From assembly GCF_006345805.1 (NCBI RefSeq), contig NC_043006.1:61256001-61320000 (forward strand): a DNA stretch of 64,000 nucleotides, written 5' to 3'. The notes beneath the pieces were generated by a model, which saw only the letters and a list, made by a program, of their open reading frames with translations, was not told where the DNA came from and searched no databases. The stretch comes from Octopus sinensis (lineage: Eukaryota). The translations under genes were made by a program, and so were the position numbers. This document shows, in pieces, positions 40,070 to 53,116 of this stretch; the stretch's first letter is position 1, and each line of letters starts with the position of its first letter.

Positions 40070-40508
40070 GGCTTTGTTTCTACCTGCAATGTTAAAAGGT
40101 AGTGAAACATGGGCTACCACAAAGAGAGAAGAGCAAAGACTGGTAACGGCTCAAAGAGCCATGGAAAGGTCAATGCTTGGTATCTCGTCGAGAGAGCACA
40201 TAAGTAGCAAGATCATCAGATAGAAGTCCGGCGTGAGAGATGTCATCGCAGAGTATACACGCAGCAAGTATAGATGGGCTGGACACGTAACCCGGCTCAC
40301 CGATAATCGGTGGACGCATGCAGTCGTGGAATGGTACCCGCGTGAGCGGAAAAGACCACCCGGAAGACCTCCACGACGGTGGGGTGACGATTTCAGGAGG
40401 ACGATTGGGATCACGTGGATGAGAAAGGCGCGATCTAGAGAGGAGTGGACAGCGTGCTGTGACCAGCGGTGTCAAATGGACGCCTGACGGACTGGTCGGA
40501 CAAAGTGA
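40070..40508 (+). mobile_element. 5'-truncated RTE-clade LINE (3' end)
   Basis: LPAMLKGSETW...AQRAMERSMLG...KYRWAGHVTRLTDNRWT..VVEWYPR..KRPPGRPPRRWGDD, typical of the RTE ORF2 C-terminus; ends in a (TA)n run. Confidence 0.85.
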
Positions 40509-40521
40509 TATATATATATAT

Positions 40522-40832
40522 ATATAATTAGTGAATGGAAGAAATGGATTTGAACGAAGATTGTACAGAATTCCTTTTATTACATTCTACACATGTTTCA
40601 AAGGCCACAATTTTCAAAATTCTGATTAAATAGGGTAACCATATTGCAGCTTTCTCTTCAGGAAACACCAGGAATGGTTTTCCTGGTTTTTCCTGAAGAG
40701 AAAGCTGCAATATGGTATCCCTATTTAATCAGAATTTGGAAAATTGTGGCCTTTGAAACATGTGTAGAATGTAATAAAAGGAATTCTGTACAATCTTCGT
40801 TCAACTCCATTTCTTCCATTCACTAATTATAT
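40522..40832. repeat. ~310-bp near-perfect inverted repeat, each arm with a hammerhead motif
   Basis: Arms of about 150 bp (mirror ORFs 40528..40710 and 40644..40826). CTGAAGA at 40693-40699 and GAAAcatgtgTA at 40755-40766 on plus; mirror on minus at about 40583-40660. Confidence 0.9.
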
Positions 40833-40977
40833 TAAACTTCAATTATCCGCAGCAACGCACGGTTGCAACACCATATGGTCTTATCTCCAACCGTGTTTTT
40901 TCTGCTGTGATTTTTGCTACCCAGGTATCGGTTAAACTCTTGAATAATCCGTAACAAGATAATTCATCTTTCCATTT

Positions 40978-41039
<62 letters not shown>

Positions 41040-41174
41040 ATATATAATATATATATATATATATATGTGAGTAGGGGGTTGGGAAGAGTGCTTCTTATCA
41101 CGTACCCACTCCTGCGCTTATATATATATATGTATATACATATGTATGTATGTATATATATATATGTATGTATT

Positions 41175-41243
<69 letters not shown>

Positions 41244-41245
<2 letters not shown>

Positions 41246-41550
41246 CGCAAGAGTGCTGTGTAGTAAGTAGCTTGCTTACCAACCACATGGTTCCGGGTTC
41301 AGTCCCACTGCATGACACCTCGGGTAAGTGACTGAAACAAGTAGTAGAGTAAAAGAAATTAAAGAGTATATATATATACATATCTAAGCGCAGGAGTGTT
41401 TGCGTGGTAAGAAGCTCTCCTCCCAACCACATGGCTCCAGGTTCAGTCCTACTGTGTGGCACTTTGGAGAAATGTATTCTACTATCGCCTTGGGCTGACC
41501 AAAGACTTGTGCGTGGATCTGGTAGACGGAAATTGAAAGAAGCCCGTCAT
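41244..41550 (+). mobile_element. Two tandem 5' fragments of the third SINE family
   Basis: Heads ggcgcaagagtg...ggttccgggttcagtccc (41244) and gcgcaggagtg...ggctccaggttcagtcc (41388). Confidence 0.75.
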
Positions 41551-41722
41551 ATATATATGTATATATATGACCGCTACCTGACCCGTTAAAATCTTCAACG
41601 CACCCACCACCCGTTCTCAACATACACTGATAAACAGTTTGGCCATGGGCTCTTAGGAGCCTAGTTCGATTTGTTTTGCTCCGCCTCTGTTCTGTTTTTG
41701 TTTTTTCCAACGGATTTCCTAT

Positions 41723-41809
41723 TTCTTCCTGAAGAGAAAGACACAATATGGTCTCATTATTCAATCGAATTTTGGTAAATTGTGCCTTTCGAAACACGTG
41801 TAGAATGAA
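41723..41809 (+). ncRNA. Type I hammerhead ribozyme motif with intact core and extended stem II
   Basis: ttc-CTGAAGA(41729-41735)-gaaagacacaat...attgtgcctttc-GAAA(41791-41794)-cacgtg-T-A-gaa. Stem II pairs 11 of 12 positions; stem III is palindromic (ACACGTGT); predicted cleavage after GUA at 41802. Confidence 0.75.
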
Positions 41810-41855
41810 ATAAAACGATTTCTGTTCAATCTTCGTTCAGCTCCATTTCTTCAAT

Positions 41856-41969
<114 letters not shown>

Positions 41970-42554
41970 CGTGTGTATGCATATATGTGTGTATATGTAT
42001 CTTTGTGTCTATGTTTGTGCACCCACCATCGCTTGACAACCGATGTTGGCGTGTTTACGTCCCCGTAACTTAGCGATTCGGCAAAAGAGATCCGATAGTA
42101 AAGTAATACGCTTACAACAATATGTCCTGGGGGTCGGTTTGTACTACTAAATGCGGTGTTCCAGCATGGTGGCAGCGTAATAACTGAAACAAGTGAAAGG
42201 AAAATATATATACATACGTACATCATATTGTACATTTGGATACGGAATATAAACAGTAGAAACCAGAAACATAAGAAACTCCCGCTTGGGCTAGGCTAGC
42301 TATAAGGATATGAACGAAATTTATGTCTTTCTGCTTTAAGCAATAATTCGTTATCACAGTTAAGCAATATAATTGGTGTTCACGTGATAATTTTGACGAC
42401 GGAAATACATACTCAAATATAATGGATGTCAATAAGGAATGAATATTAGGGCAAATTTTATTTATTGCAAGGTCAATACACTTGCATCAGATTAGTATTA
42501 TTTATAGTTATATAGTATCTAAAATGGAGCAGTTCTATATTCAAGAGATAAATT

Positions 42555-42772
42555 ATGTACGTTATATACATTTGACGGATATTTGCAATCGTATTGTTTG
42601 TTGTAAACACTACGTTTCGGCTGAATACAGGTGTCTTGGGGAAATTTCGAACCTGGGTTCTCATTCCTAAGGTATTTTTCGATGTTGCTGTTATTATTAT
42701 TATTAATATTATGGAACTCGGAATCTTGAGTTTAGTAGCCCGCACTCTTAACCACTACGTGACCAATTATGG
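42555..42772 (-). mobile_element. tRNA-headed short element with PLE-like/hammerhead 3' part (core deleted)
   Basis: Minus strand: cgtagtggttaagagtgcgggctactaa...gagttcc head, (AAT)n, then gacacCTG[deletion]tattcagccGAAAcgTAgtgtt. Confidence 0.7.
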
Positions 42773-42882
42773 AGTGAATTTTCGAGCTTATAAATCTAAT
42801 ATTTTCCTCTCCTTCTTTAATACTGGTTCCCATATGCTACTCGTATCTGCAAATGCGAGTAGAATATGAGAAATAAATAGCA

Positions 42883-42962
42883 TATGGCTACTAACCTCAA
42901 GATTCCGAGTACGATTCCAAGCAGTGACCTGAATGATGATGATAATAATAATAATAATAATG

Positions 42963-43028
<66 letters not shown>

Positions 43029-43190
43029 TCAACAACAACAACAACATCGAAAAATATCTTAGGAATGAGAACCCAGGTTCGAAATTTCCCCAGAACGCCT
43101 GAAGAAGGCCGGAGGGTATATCAGCGGAAAGGATGTGTTAACAAGAAACAAGATTCGGACAAATATCCGTCAAATGTAAATAACGTAAGA
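42883..43190 (+). mobile_element. Second copy of the tRNA-headed hammerhead element (5'-clipped)
   Basis: ggctactaacctcaagattccgagtacgattcc head, (AAT)n/(AAC)n, then aacgcCTGAAGAaggccg...cagcgGAAAggatgtgtt (43094-43139). Confidence 0.7.
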
Positions 43191-43749
43191 TGGCACAGTT
43201 ACGGTAATGCATTGGGTGATATTGCATTAAAGAAACTTGTTGGGTAAGGACAGAACCAGTCGAGATGAAACAATACTTTATTGATCAGGAGGCGTAGAAG
43301 CGAGGGATTGGAAAAGGTCATCGTGTAGATGTGTATCGGGGGATTGTAATATGCCCTGTGTATGTATGTATGTATGTATGTATGTATGTATGTATGATTG
43401 CATGCATGTATGCAGGCATGTATGTATGTATGTATGTATGTATGTATGTATGTATGTATGTATGTATGTATGTATGTATGTTTGCATGTATGCATGCATG
43501 TATGTATGTATGCATGCATGTATGTAAGTATGTATGCATGCATGCATGCACGCATGTGTGTATGCATGTATGAATGCATGCATGTATGTATGCATGCATG
43601 TATGTATACATGCATGTATGTATACATCTTTATGGAATTTGATACAGTTTTAATAAGTTTAATAATGATTTTTAAAAGAATTATCGTTTTAAAAGGTTGT
43701 AATTTCTTCATGACAAAGTCACGGAACTTTGCGGAACAAGCTTCTGGTG

Positions 43750-44900
43750 TGTAAGCGCTTTCGATTATCTTTCCAAAGACACGTGTTCTTGGACAATGTA
43801 TGAAAGAGGAATTTGTTATACTTGTTGTTGGGTTAGTATTAACTATTTCCGGTTTATTTTCGGACTTAATGTTCTCGTAAAATATACTCCCTTCGTCTTT
43901 TATAGTTAATAATTTTTACCTAATGTTTTGTAAAAAGAGGATATGTAAATATATTTTAACTATTGACTATAAAACTGGTCGGTTTCCTTCCTCTTTCCCT
44001 AATGTAGGTTTTAGGGCATTGTGGGTATATGATGCAATAGATGATGTTTCTTGTTTTGCAATTTATGTTTGCATCCACTTCGAATTACTTCTAATTCTTG
44101 AATCTTTTGGTTGCCCCTTGCTCAATTAATTCACATTAACTCCACAATTGGTTACCTTCATCTTTTCTTTTTAAAATGTGAATCTCGCCTTTCGTTAGAA
44201 GTCTCCTGAGGTTTGGAGGTTGTCTTCGACTGTTGATAATTTGTGATTTTTTAAATTATTCGTTGGAGATTTTGTGATCGATGTACAATTGGGAGATACC
44301 ATTTGGCTGAGTGCAGGATTTTTTGATTTCTTGGAGCGTGGGTGACTACAAAAGCAATATTTGTATTTGTATTTTTGTTTTCACACCTAGACTGCGTGTT
44401 TCTCGGAAAAGTAGAGATCGGGATTTCTTTTTCTTTTGTTATGGCATGTTGAATTATCTTGGTGGGGTATTTTTGTTTCTGAAAGAATATATTATGTTCT
44501 GCCAGTCATTTATCTCGTCTAACGGTGTGTATGACGATTGAGCATATGCGCCTCGCCATGTTATATGATGTGTCCCTTATTGTATGGGAAAGGCTGCAAG
44601 ATCTAAAATTCAGATATTGGTGTGAATATTTGTTCTTGTAGTAGAGATTAGTTGCGTTTCATTTTCTTTAATTATCAGAATATCCAGAAAGAGGAGTTCT
44701 ATTCCATTCACTTACACATTGAATTGGATTGAGACATGAATGCTAATTATCAATTTGAGAAACTTTTAAGATCTTCTTACTTTGGTTCCAAAGTATAAAG
44801 CAGTCATCTACGAATATTTTCCAGTTTCCAATAAAAAAAGGTTTGGAAGTGGTGGTCAAAAGTAGTTATTTGGACCTTGTGTATTTGGTTACCGATTAAG
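43750..44900 (-). mobile_element. Decayed Penelope-like element (YLDD-type RT + GIY-YIG)
   Basis: Minus-strand KIFVDDCFILW (about 44810), NMARRICSIV (about 44545) and DANINCKTRNIIYCI (about 44050) match the element at 57307-61184. Confidence 0.75.
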
Positions 44901-45539
44901 AACTTTCACTTTTTAGGCTACATGATATCATCCACAGTTTTGCTATGTATCACTGGATCCGCCTCAGGAATTCCGCTGTATTCATTGAATTTATAATGAA
45001 TGAGAGAAACGGCAAGCGACGTTTGTAGGAATCTTTATTCCACACAACAATCGTTTCGATACATCCTACATCTGTCCATTATGGATGGAATACTGTACAA
45101 CTGGTTGTGCTGCTCCACTGAGTATGGTGTGTGTGTACGTACGTCTATATATATGTATTCATGTCAACACGTGTATAATTATCTTCCTTCATTTTATTTT
45201 TCAATTCTCTCCCTTTTCCATCATTTATTACTTTATTCTGTGTCATGCATTCACTATAGATTATAGCCAAACTGACTTACTGGTTATATCCCGGAAATTG
45301 TATCGATCCTCTATCATTATAGACAACAATATACCAAGCGAAACCGAGTATATTAAGAGAACTAACTAGTATAAAATAAAACACCTGATCATAAGCAATC
45401 TGCGCTGGTGGATGCAACACAAATAGTTTTACAGTCTCTCCTGCGCGAAGGACAGATAATGGATGGGTCGAAACGATCGTTATGTTGAATAAATTTCTTA
45501 GAAACTATTTTCCGTTTCCGATATATATATATATGGAAA

Positions 45540-45680
45540 GAGTTAATCCAAACATGAAAACACAAAGAGAAAACACAACAACGCGAGGATGTGGAACAAA
45601 TATAGCATTATTGGACGCTCAGGAAGGAAGGGAAGAAGGAGGAAAACAATCGTCAACGGTACACATGCGGTCACACACAC
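45540..45680 (-). mobile_element. Deletion derivative of the 21778-21979 element lacking the hammerhead
   Basis: Matches both ends of the 21778 element (tgtaccgttg.cgatt... and ...cctgagc.tccaataat...ccac.tcctcgcgtt) but lacks about 70 bp containing the ribozyme motif. Confidence 0.7.
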
Positions 45681-45692
45681 GCGGTCACACAC

Positions 45693-45736
<44 letters not shown>

Positions 45737-46681
45737 GTTGAAATTTATAGAAAAACAGATGACGAAGACAAGTATATGAACAACAAGCAAGTGTATTAGT
45801 GTGACTCTCGGGAAAATGAAAAGTTGAAGAGAATAAGAGAAAATAAACAGACAGAATAAAAAAATCAGCGGTCCAATATTTATATATGTATATATATACG
45901 TATTTTTCTTTCACTTACTGATTTATACCTCACTATAACTTTCCTCCTTCAATTTAGCTTGTACACTCTCTGACTTATAAATGTCAACGTCCATGTTAGA
46001 AACATGGCCATTATATTTCAACATTCATCCCTTATTTCCTAGCACTCTCACTTATTTCCCCACCTTCCCTTCCTTCTCAACGTTTAATATTCACATTTAT
46101 TACTCCCCTACCCCCTGTACCACAATTTTTATCTATCTCTCCACCTTTAGGGACTTTTAAAACTCATCCCCCACCTCCTCACACGTACTCCTTTATTACC
46201 CTCTTATCTCTCCTTTCAATCCCCCTATTCTTTTTATCTATTCATAGCTCTCTTCTCCCCCCCCCTTGTAATTATATGCTGACCAGCATCTTGCATTCCT
46301 CTTTTCTATTTCTCTTTTTCTATTCCTTTCTCGCATTATCTACTTCCCCTCACCAGTATAATTCTCAAAATTCATTTATACTACAAGATCCTCTTGAATG
46401 AACAACGCATGAAATTAATATCCGAATACTATCCATTTGAAATAATAACATGAATTCTTATCACATTACACAATATGGACAGGAAGGCTCTATAAACATT
46501 CTACACGACACATTTCATGGATAACGGAACAACTATTTTAACCTCCAATATATTTTTATTTTCATATTTTCCCTTTTATATTTCCTGCATTATATCAAAT
46601 TTCTTGTATATCTTTACTTCCCCAGAATAACTTCTAAAAAATTAACTCTACTAATTCCTTCTAATGAATCTCTTTCAATTC

Positions 46682-46729
46682 GTCTCTGATGATGGGATAT
46701 CATTTATTTCCCTGAAAGAGCTGTAGGAC
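46682..46729 (+). ncRNA. Minimal type I hammerhead motif, slightly degenerate
   Basis: gtct-CTGATGA-tggga...tccct-GAAA-gagctg-T-A-ggac. Stem I is gtct/ggac and the stem III loop AGCT is palindromic; position 15.2 is G (mispaired). Confidence 0.6.
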
Positions 46730-47074
46730 CACCTTTTTGTCAATAAAATATAAATTTATTTCTATTTTTATTTTTATCTATAAATGTCCTAAGAATATCA
46801 AATTGCCATTTCCTTGTTACCTCATTATATTTAACATATCACGCTCACATACGATATGTCCTAGACTCATCACTCATGCTTTTATTGAACCAGGAGCTGA
46901 ACAACGGTCCTTCCGTAGCACTTACATAGCCTTATCTGCCTTTTGTGTCTTCTGGATACCAAAGCATCTCATATTAATTTTCATTGTTAATACAAGCACT
47001 TATCACTTGTAATGCTTCAATAATGCATAAACAATTCCTTGGCATTTCCCTTAAGTACATACCTATTTATTGAC

Positions 47075-47290
47075 AATTAGGGCCTCCATGATTCTGAGAT
47101 GGCCACTATTGCACTGAGTGGCTCTTGTGGATACGCAGAAATCCTGTGTTTGGCACTTCCGCAGGCGTTATTTGATGGCAGACACTGTGCACAAATTTTC
47201 CTTGATGTGATTATGCAGTTCAGTTTACTACTGATGTTCTCCATGTAGTACGCATCACACTTACTGCAGACTAAGTCGTATACCAATATA
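47075..47290 (-). mobile_element. GIY-YIG endonuclease fragment of a Penelope-like element
   Basis: ORF 47077..47286 LVYDLVCSKCDAYYMENIS resembles the GIY-X-YIG module with its Cys pair. Confidence 0.55.
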
Positions 47291-48032
47291 GGGTCTCGAA
47301 CATATTTTGAAATCGTCGATTAGAAAGTGTGCACCCAACGATGCCTCCTATAGCATTACTTCTAGCCAAACATTTCCATTGAAATTGAACGGCGTGCACA
47401 AATTGTAAATTAATATCTCCACCCCTGTGAATCGCATATTGTATAGCAGCAGTGGTTCTGTCGACGAAATAGGGCTGTTAAGGGAGCGCATGTCAGAGCT
47501 GTGGCTTCTTATGTGTTTTACTTCTTAATCAAATACTTTATATGTTTCAGCCTTGTTAAAAGGCTAGACGTCAAGTCATTTCCAGTCTAATGTAAAGATT
47601 AGGGAGGAAAAATATCAGCTACTTGCATTAGTTTTTGTATTGTTGTTTGGTTTTCCTGGTGGTCTGCGTACACATTATGTGTATATATATATATATATAT
47701 TTGTTTTGCAAGATTTTTGATGTGAAATCGTGTGTTGAAACATATATTGTTGTATTTAGGAATGGTCATTTTGCCAGTTTAGCCAATAAAAAACACACAC
47801 ACTATTAAATAAGATTAAGATTATTGTAAAAAGTAAATAACGCTGAAGCAAAGTAACGCCAGATATATAGTGGGTGTGTTTTTTATTGGCTAAACAGGCA
47901 AAATGACCATTCCTAAATATAACAATATATATATATATATATTATATATATATATATATATATACATGCGTGTGTGTGTGTTTGTGTATGGGTTTCTGCG
48001 TGTGTTGTCTGTGTGTGTTTGTGTGTGATGTA

Positions 48033-48425
48033 CGGTGTGATGGGCAATTTATCTCATGAAACTCTTCTAGATGGTCTCCTTGTTTTAATTGGTGAATGGT
48101 GGCATAACATCTCCATAACTAGTAACCACTACAAACACCATGATGTTGAGTGGAAATCTGATATTTATCACACCTGGTACATGTCAGATTGTCACACAAA
48201 CAATCTGAAATGCTCGTATTGGGGCTTACGGCACGAATGCCAATCAGTACAGCATATCGTTTCAAAATTCCTGGCAGAAAAAATTGTGTCATGGTGCTGT
48301 TCTTCTGACACTCGGTGCCCAACGGACCTTACTATACTGGTGGTCAACAAAACAAAAATATATAAATAATGCGCATGCATGAAATAATAAATATAAAATG
48401 ACGACATTTGACCCATCGCACCCTG
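48033..48425 (-). mobile_element. Internally deleted Tc1/mariner-superfamily (maT-like) element
   Basis: Imperfect TIRs ta|cggtgtgatgggcaattt and atttgacccatcgcaccctg; minus-strand remnant VFVVVTSYGDVMPPF resembles DD37D-type transposases. Confidence 0.5.
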
Positions 48426-48460
48426 TGTATGTATGTATATATATGTATATATATATATAT

Positions 48461-48918
48461 CGTGACGTATATTTGCCATTTGAATATGGCTAACCCCTAA
48501 GGGTGGATGCTACTGTAGTTTGTAGCCCCAGGAGAACAACTCCTCCAGCTGGTTATAGACACACTTTATGTGCCCTATCAGTATTTGCGAAGGGAAGCCA
48601 TCCTTCCCGTTTTCAACTTATGATACACACGGACTCGAGTTTCAGGGTATTGACCCGTCATCAGCGTGTGACAATCATAGTTGTCGATGAGAAGTCGGTT
48701 CCCTTCACAAATACATATACTTTTTTCAGTATCGATTGACACTGATATTGAAAAGGTGAAATCAAACAATGATAAATCTCAGAGCGAGTTATAAACAGTA
48801 GCAGCAACACATCGTGACGTATATTTGCCATTTGAATATGGCTAACCCCTAAGGGTGGATGCTACTGTAGTTTGTAGCCCCAGAAGGACACCTCCTCCAG
48901 CTGGCTATAGACACACTT
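48461..48918 (-). mobile_element. 352-bp hammerhead-containing unit with 106-bp terminal direct repeat
   Basis: 48461-48566 is repeated at 48813-48918 (period 352 bp); a hammerhead lies inside the unit. Confidence 0.75.
48626..48670 (-). ncRNA. Minimal type I hammerhead ribozyme motif
   Basis: Minus strand: cacacg-CTGATGA-cgggt-caat-accct-GAAA-ctcgag-T-C-cgtgtg. Perfect 6-bp stem I, palindromic stem III (ACTCGAGT), GUC cleavage triplet; the first stem II pair is C-U. Confidence 0.8.
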
Positions 48919-50565
48919 ATATGTACATATCTAATATTGTATGTATATATTTTATTAATTTGCCTGTACGCCTGATAATTCGCTTACCACTGGTGATGGT
49001 ATTTTAATAATACCATCCCTATATATATATATATATATACTCTTTCTTTTGGACCTACAAAAGCACGCACAATCACACGCACTCACATTTGAATATAGAG
49101 GTAGGTATATACGTTTGTTTCGTTTCTGGGTATATTTAGTTACTTTTGTGTGCTGCATTGGCGTATTGTTTTCATAGCTTAGGTTATTTACCTACTTTAG
49201 TCTGTTAACTGAAAGTTGGTATTGTCCTCTTTACGTAAATGATTTCGATTTCCCTGCCATATATTTACTGCGGCTATGATAGTGAACCGCAGGCTACATT
49301 ACAATTGTTTCCTGTGTATGCATCACCTAAATAGTGATATAGAGTACCATTTACAATCCAACTATTTCTTTTTGTTTCCCTTTTATTATTCCTGGAAATA
49401 GTAGAATATTGCATATATCAATCCACTGTGATCTCTTTACAAATTAGATTCATCTTAATACGTGTGATGCATTCGCAGTATTTTATTATTCCTTTGAATT
49501 TACATTTATTGGATGTCTGTTTCTCTTAGCTACCGCTATATAAAAGTATTGATTATACTTCTTTTGATTCTGTATTTGGCTAGATGGCATATGAAATCAT
49601 GGTATTTTTATTTCACAAATAGAAACGTCACGACACTTAAGTATCGGAAACGTTGTTTCCTGCTGTACATTCTTCAAATTCCCATGGGGATTCCGCTACC
49701 CTTAACGCAATGCCATTACTTCCTTAAAATCCCATTCATATCCTGACCAGTTATATTACTCTGAATTATGCTATGAGATTTTCCGTTGCATATAAGATTT
49801 TTAAATATAACACCAATCCATTTTTAATATTTAATCATTGTGCAGTGAGCTGAAAGAATCTTTACCACAACGAACAAAATACCGAGCGACATTTTACCCG
49901 GGTCTTCACATTCTCAATACAAATACTACTGAAATCAACTTTGCTTTTCATCCTTTCAGGTCGATAAAAATAAGTTCCAGTTCAGTACTGAGGTCGATGT
50001 AATCGACATTTCTTTCCCCATAAAATCGTTGTACATGTTTTAAAACAAGAAGGGGTATATAAAATCTACAACAAAGGACGCTGATGAAAAAGCAACTATT
50101 TTCTTCTCTTTTTCGGCATCGAAATATGTCCATTTATCATTTATCTATAAATCAGTGAACAAACGAAAGAAACAACACTCAACACATTTGATAGTACTCA
50201 CATTTATTAAACAAAGAAATTTCCTCTTGCATAGCTAAGAGCTTCCTGACGTTAATTAAAAACAATTTCCTAGGACCGTAACTCGTCAAACCTAACAATG
50301 TTAAGTTCAATTATTTACACTTAGATAAGATCGTTTGAAACATTGTACGCTTTGATCGATGTAAACAGACAACCATACATCCTCCAGTCCACATCCCAAC
50401 CTGTAACCGCTGTAATCCTGACTCTCAATGTTTGCAATCTATAGAGACATATTCTTATTGCATGACGCTACAAGGGAATATCACCCAGTAAATGTTCTGG
50501 AAGGTGTACACAGCAATTGCACTATTTCAGGTCAAGGTATAGGGAAAATATATATATCTCTATCC

Positions 50566-50797
50566 AGGCGGCGAGCTGGCAGAAACGTTAGCACGTCGGG
50601 CGAAATGCGTAGCCGTATTTCGTCTGCTGTTACGTTCTGAGTTCAAATTCCGCCGAGGTCGACTTTGCCTTTCATCCTTTCGGGGTCGATAAATTAAGTA
50701 CCAGTTAGGCATTGGAGTCGATGTAATCGACTTAATCCATTTGTCTGTACTTGTTTCTCCCCTCTGTGTTTAGTCCCTTGTGGGTAGTAAAAGAAAT
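50566..50797 (+). mobile_element. tRNA-derived SINE, best-preserved copy in the window
   Basis: aggcggcgagctggcagaaacgttagc...gagttcaaattccgccgaggtcgac...gggtagtaaaagaaata. Confidence 0.88.
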
Positions 50798-51517
50798 ATA
50801 TATATCCCTATCCAGCTTTATTGGGAGTCTTGACCAAAGAAATTACACCCTCAAGTTAAAAATGAGGTATCATTGGGATGGAACTTTCTTGCTCATTGGA
50901 ACTCGCAATTGCCACCTGTCTCCCCGAGAGACCAAACGTATTCCATCCACGTACACTACTCATCAGAAGAAAAATTAAATGTCTTATTGCTACCACCACA
51001 GGTATGTCCTGCTAATGAATTCAAGGCACTGGCTCACAACTCAGTATATTACCCTGGATGTAGTTATCCCTCAAACTAGAGAGGATATTTAGTCTTTATC
51101 GCCCGTATAGACTAGAGCCCAATCATATTTTTCATACAAACTCCATTGTAATCCAACTCCATGGTATATGTTTAATCCCACGTAAACACACCTGGGAATA
51201 ATGTGTTCACAAACCACTACATAACGACTGTTCTGTTGCTACGAGAAACTCCAACGCCACGAACTGATGATACTGAAGATAAAGCCAAATGACGTCAGCA
51301 TATTTCCTATATCATTTCGTGTCTAAAAACAACAAAAAAATAAAGCTTGTTTCACTTTCACAGCTTTTATACCAATGGCCTGAGATTATCAACATAGCAG
51401 TAACAACCATCTTCAATTTCTCTGTCACCAGCATTTTATGAAGTGGATATGTGTTACACTGACATGCACATGTATATATATAAATATGTGTGTTGGCTTG
51501 CGATTTATGCATACATT

Positions 51518-52255
<738 letters not shown>

Positions 52256-52301
52256 ACATACACACATACAAATATATACACACATGTATACAGTAATATA
52301 C

Positions 52302-52372
<71 letters not shown>

Positions 52373-52479
52373 GTATATATATGTGTGTGTGTGTGTATAA
52401 TTATACATATACAAATATATTCATGAAAAGTATAAATATATGGGAGTATTTATATATATGTGAATGTATATATATATAA

Positions 52480-52525
<46 letters not shown>

Positions 52526-52917
52526 GTGGGTGTGTGTATATATATATATCTTTGTGTGCGTGTGTATACATATATATGCACGTATGTATGTACGTATGTA
52601 TTGTAGCCATATAAATTGGTGTTAAATAAGTATTAATGCGAGCATGCATGATTTATTACACTGACAAAGTAAAAATTACGAAGCCTATTTTTTTTTTTAT
52701 GTTAATAAATATTTCCCCAAAGTATGGCTTGCTTGCATATAAGTAAAGAAAGAAATTTTTATGTGAATATCCCCGATACAAATTCATAGCTATTTCTCAA
52801 ACAAAGGAAAAGTATTTTTTCCCAATAACATTTTTGCTATTCTGTGGACACACACACACACACACACACACCACACACACACACATATCAGTGTGTGTGT
52901 GAGTGTGTGTGTGTGTG

Positions 52918-52948
<31 letters not shown>

Positions 52949-53042
52949 TGTGTGTGGGTGTGAGTGTGCATGCGTCTGTGTGTGTGTATGCAACTGATGT
53001 AAGAACGGAATTCACGTTACTGGCTTAAATTTACCTCTTTGC

Positions 53043-53116
<74 letters not shown>

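Noticed and set aside
50075-50135. CTGATGA...GAAA hammerhead-like spacing
   Set aside because: No stem III and stem II is not closed next to GAAA.
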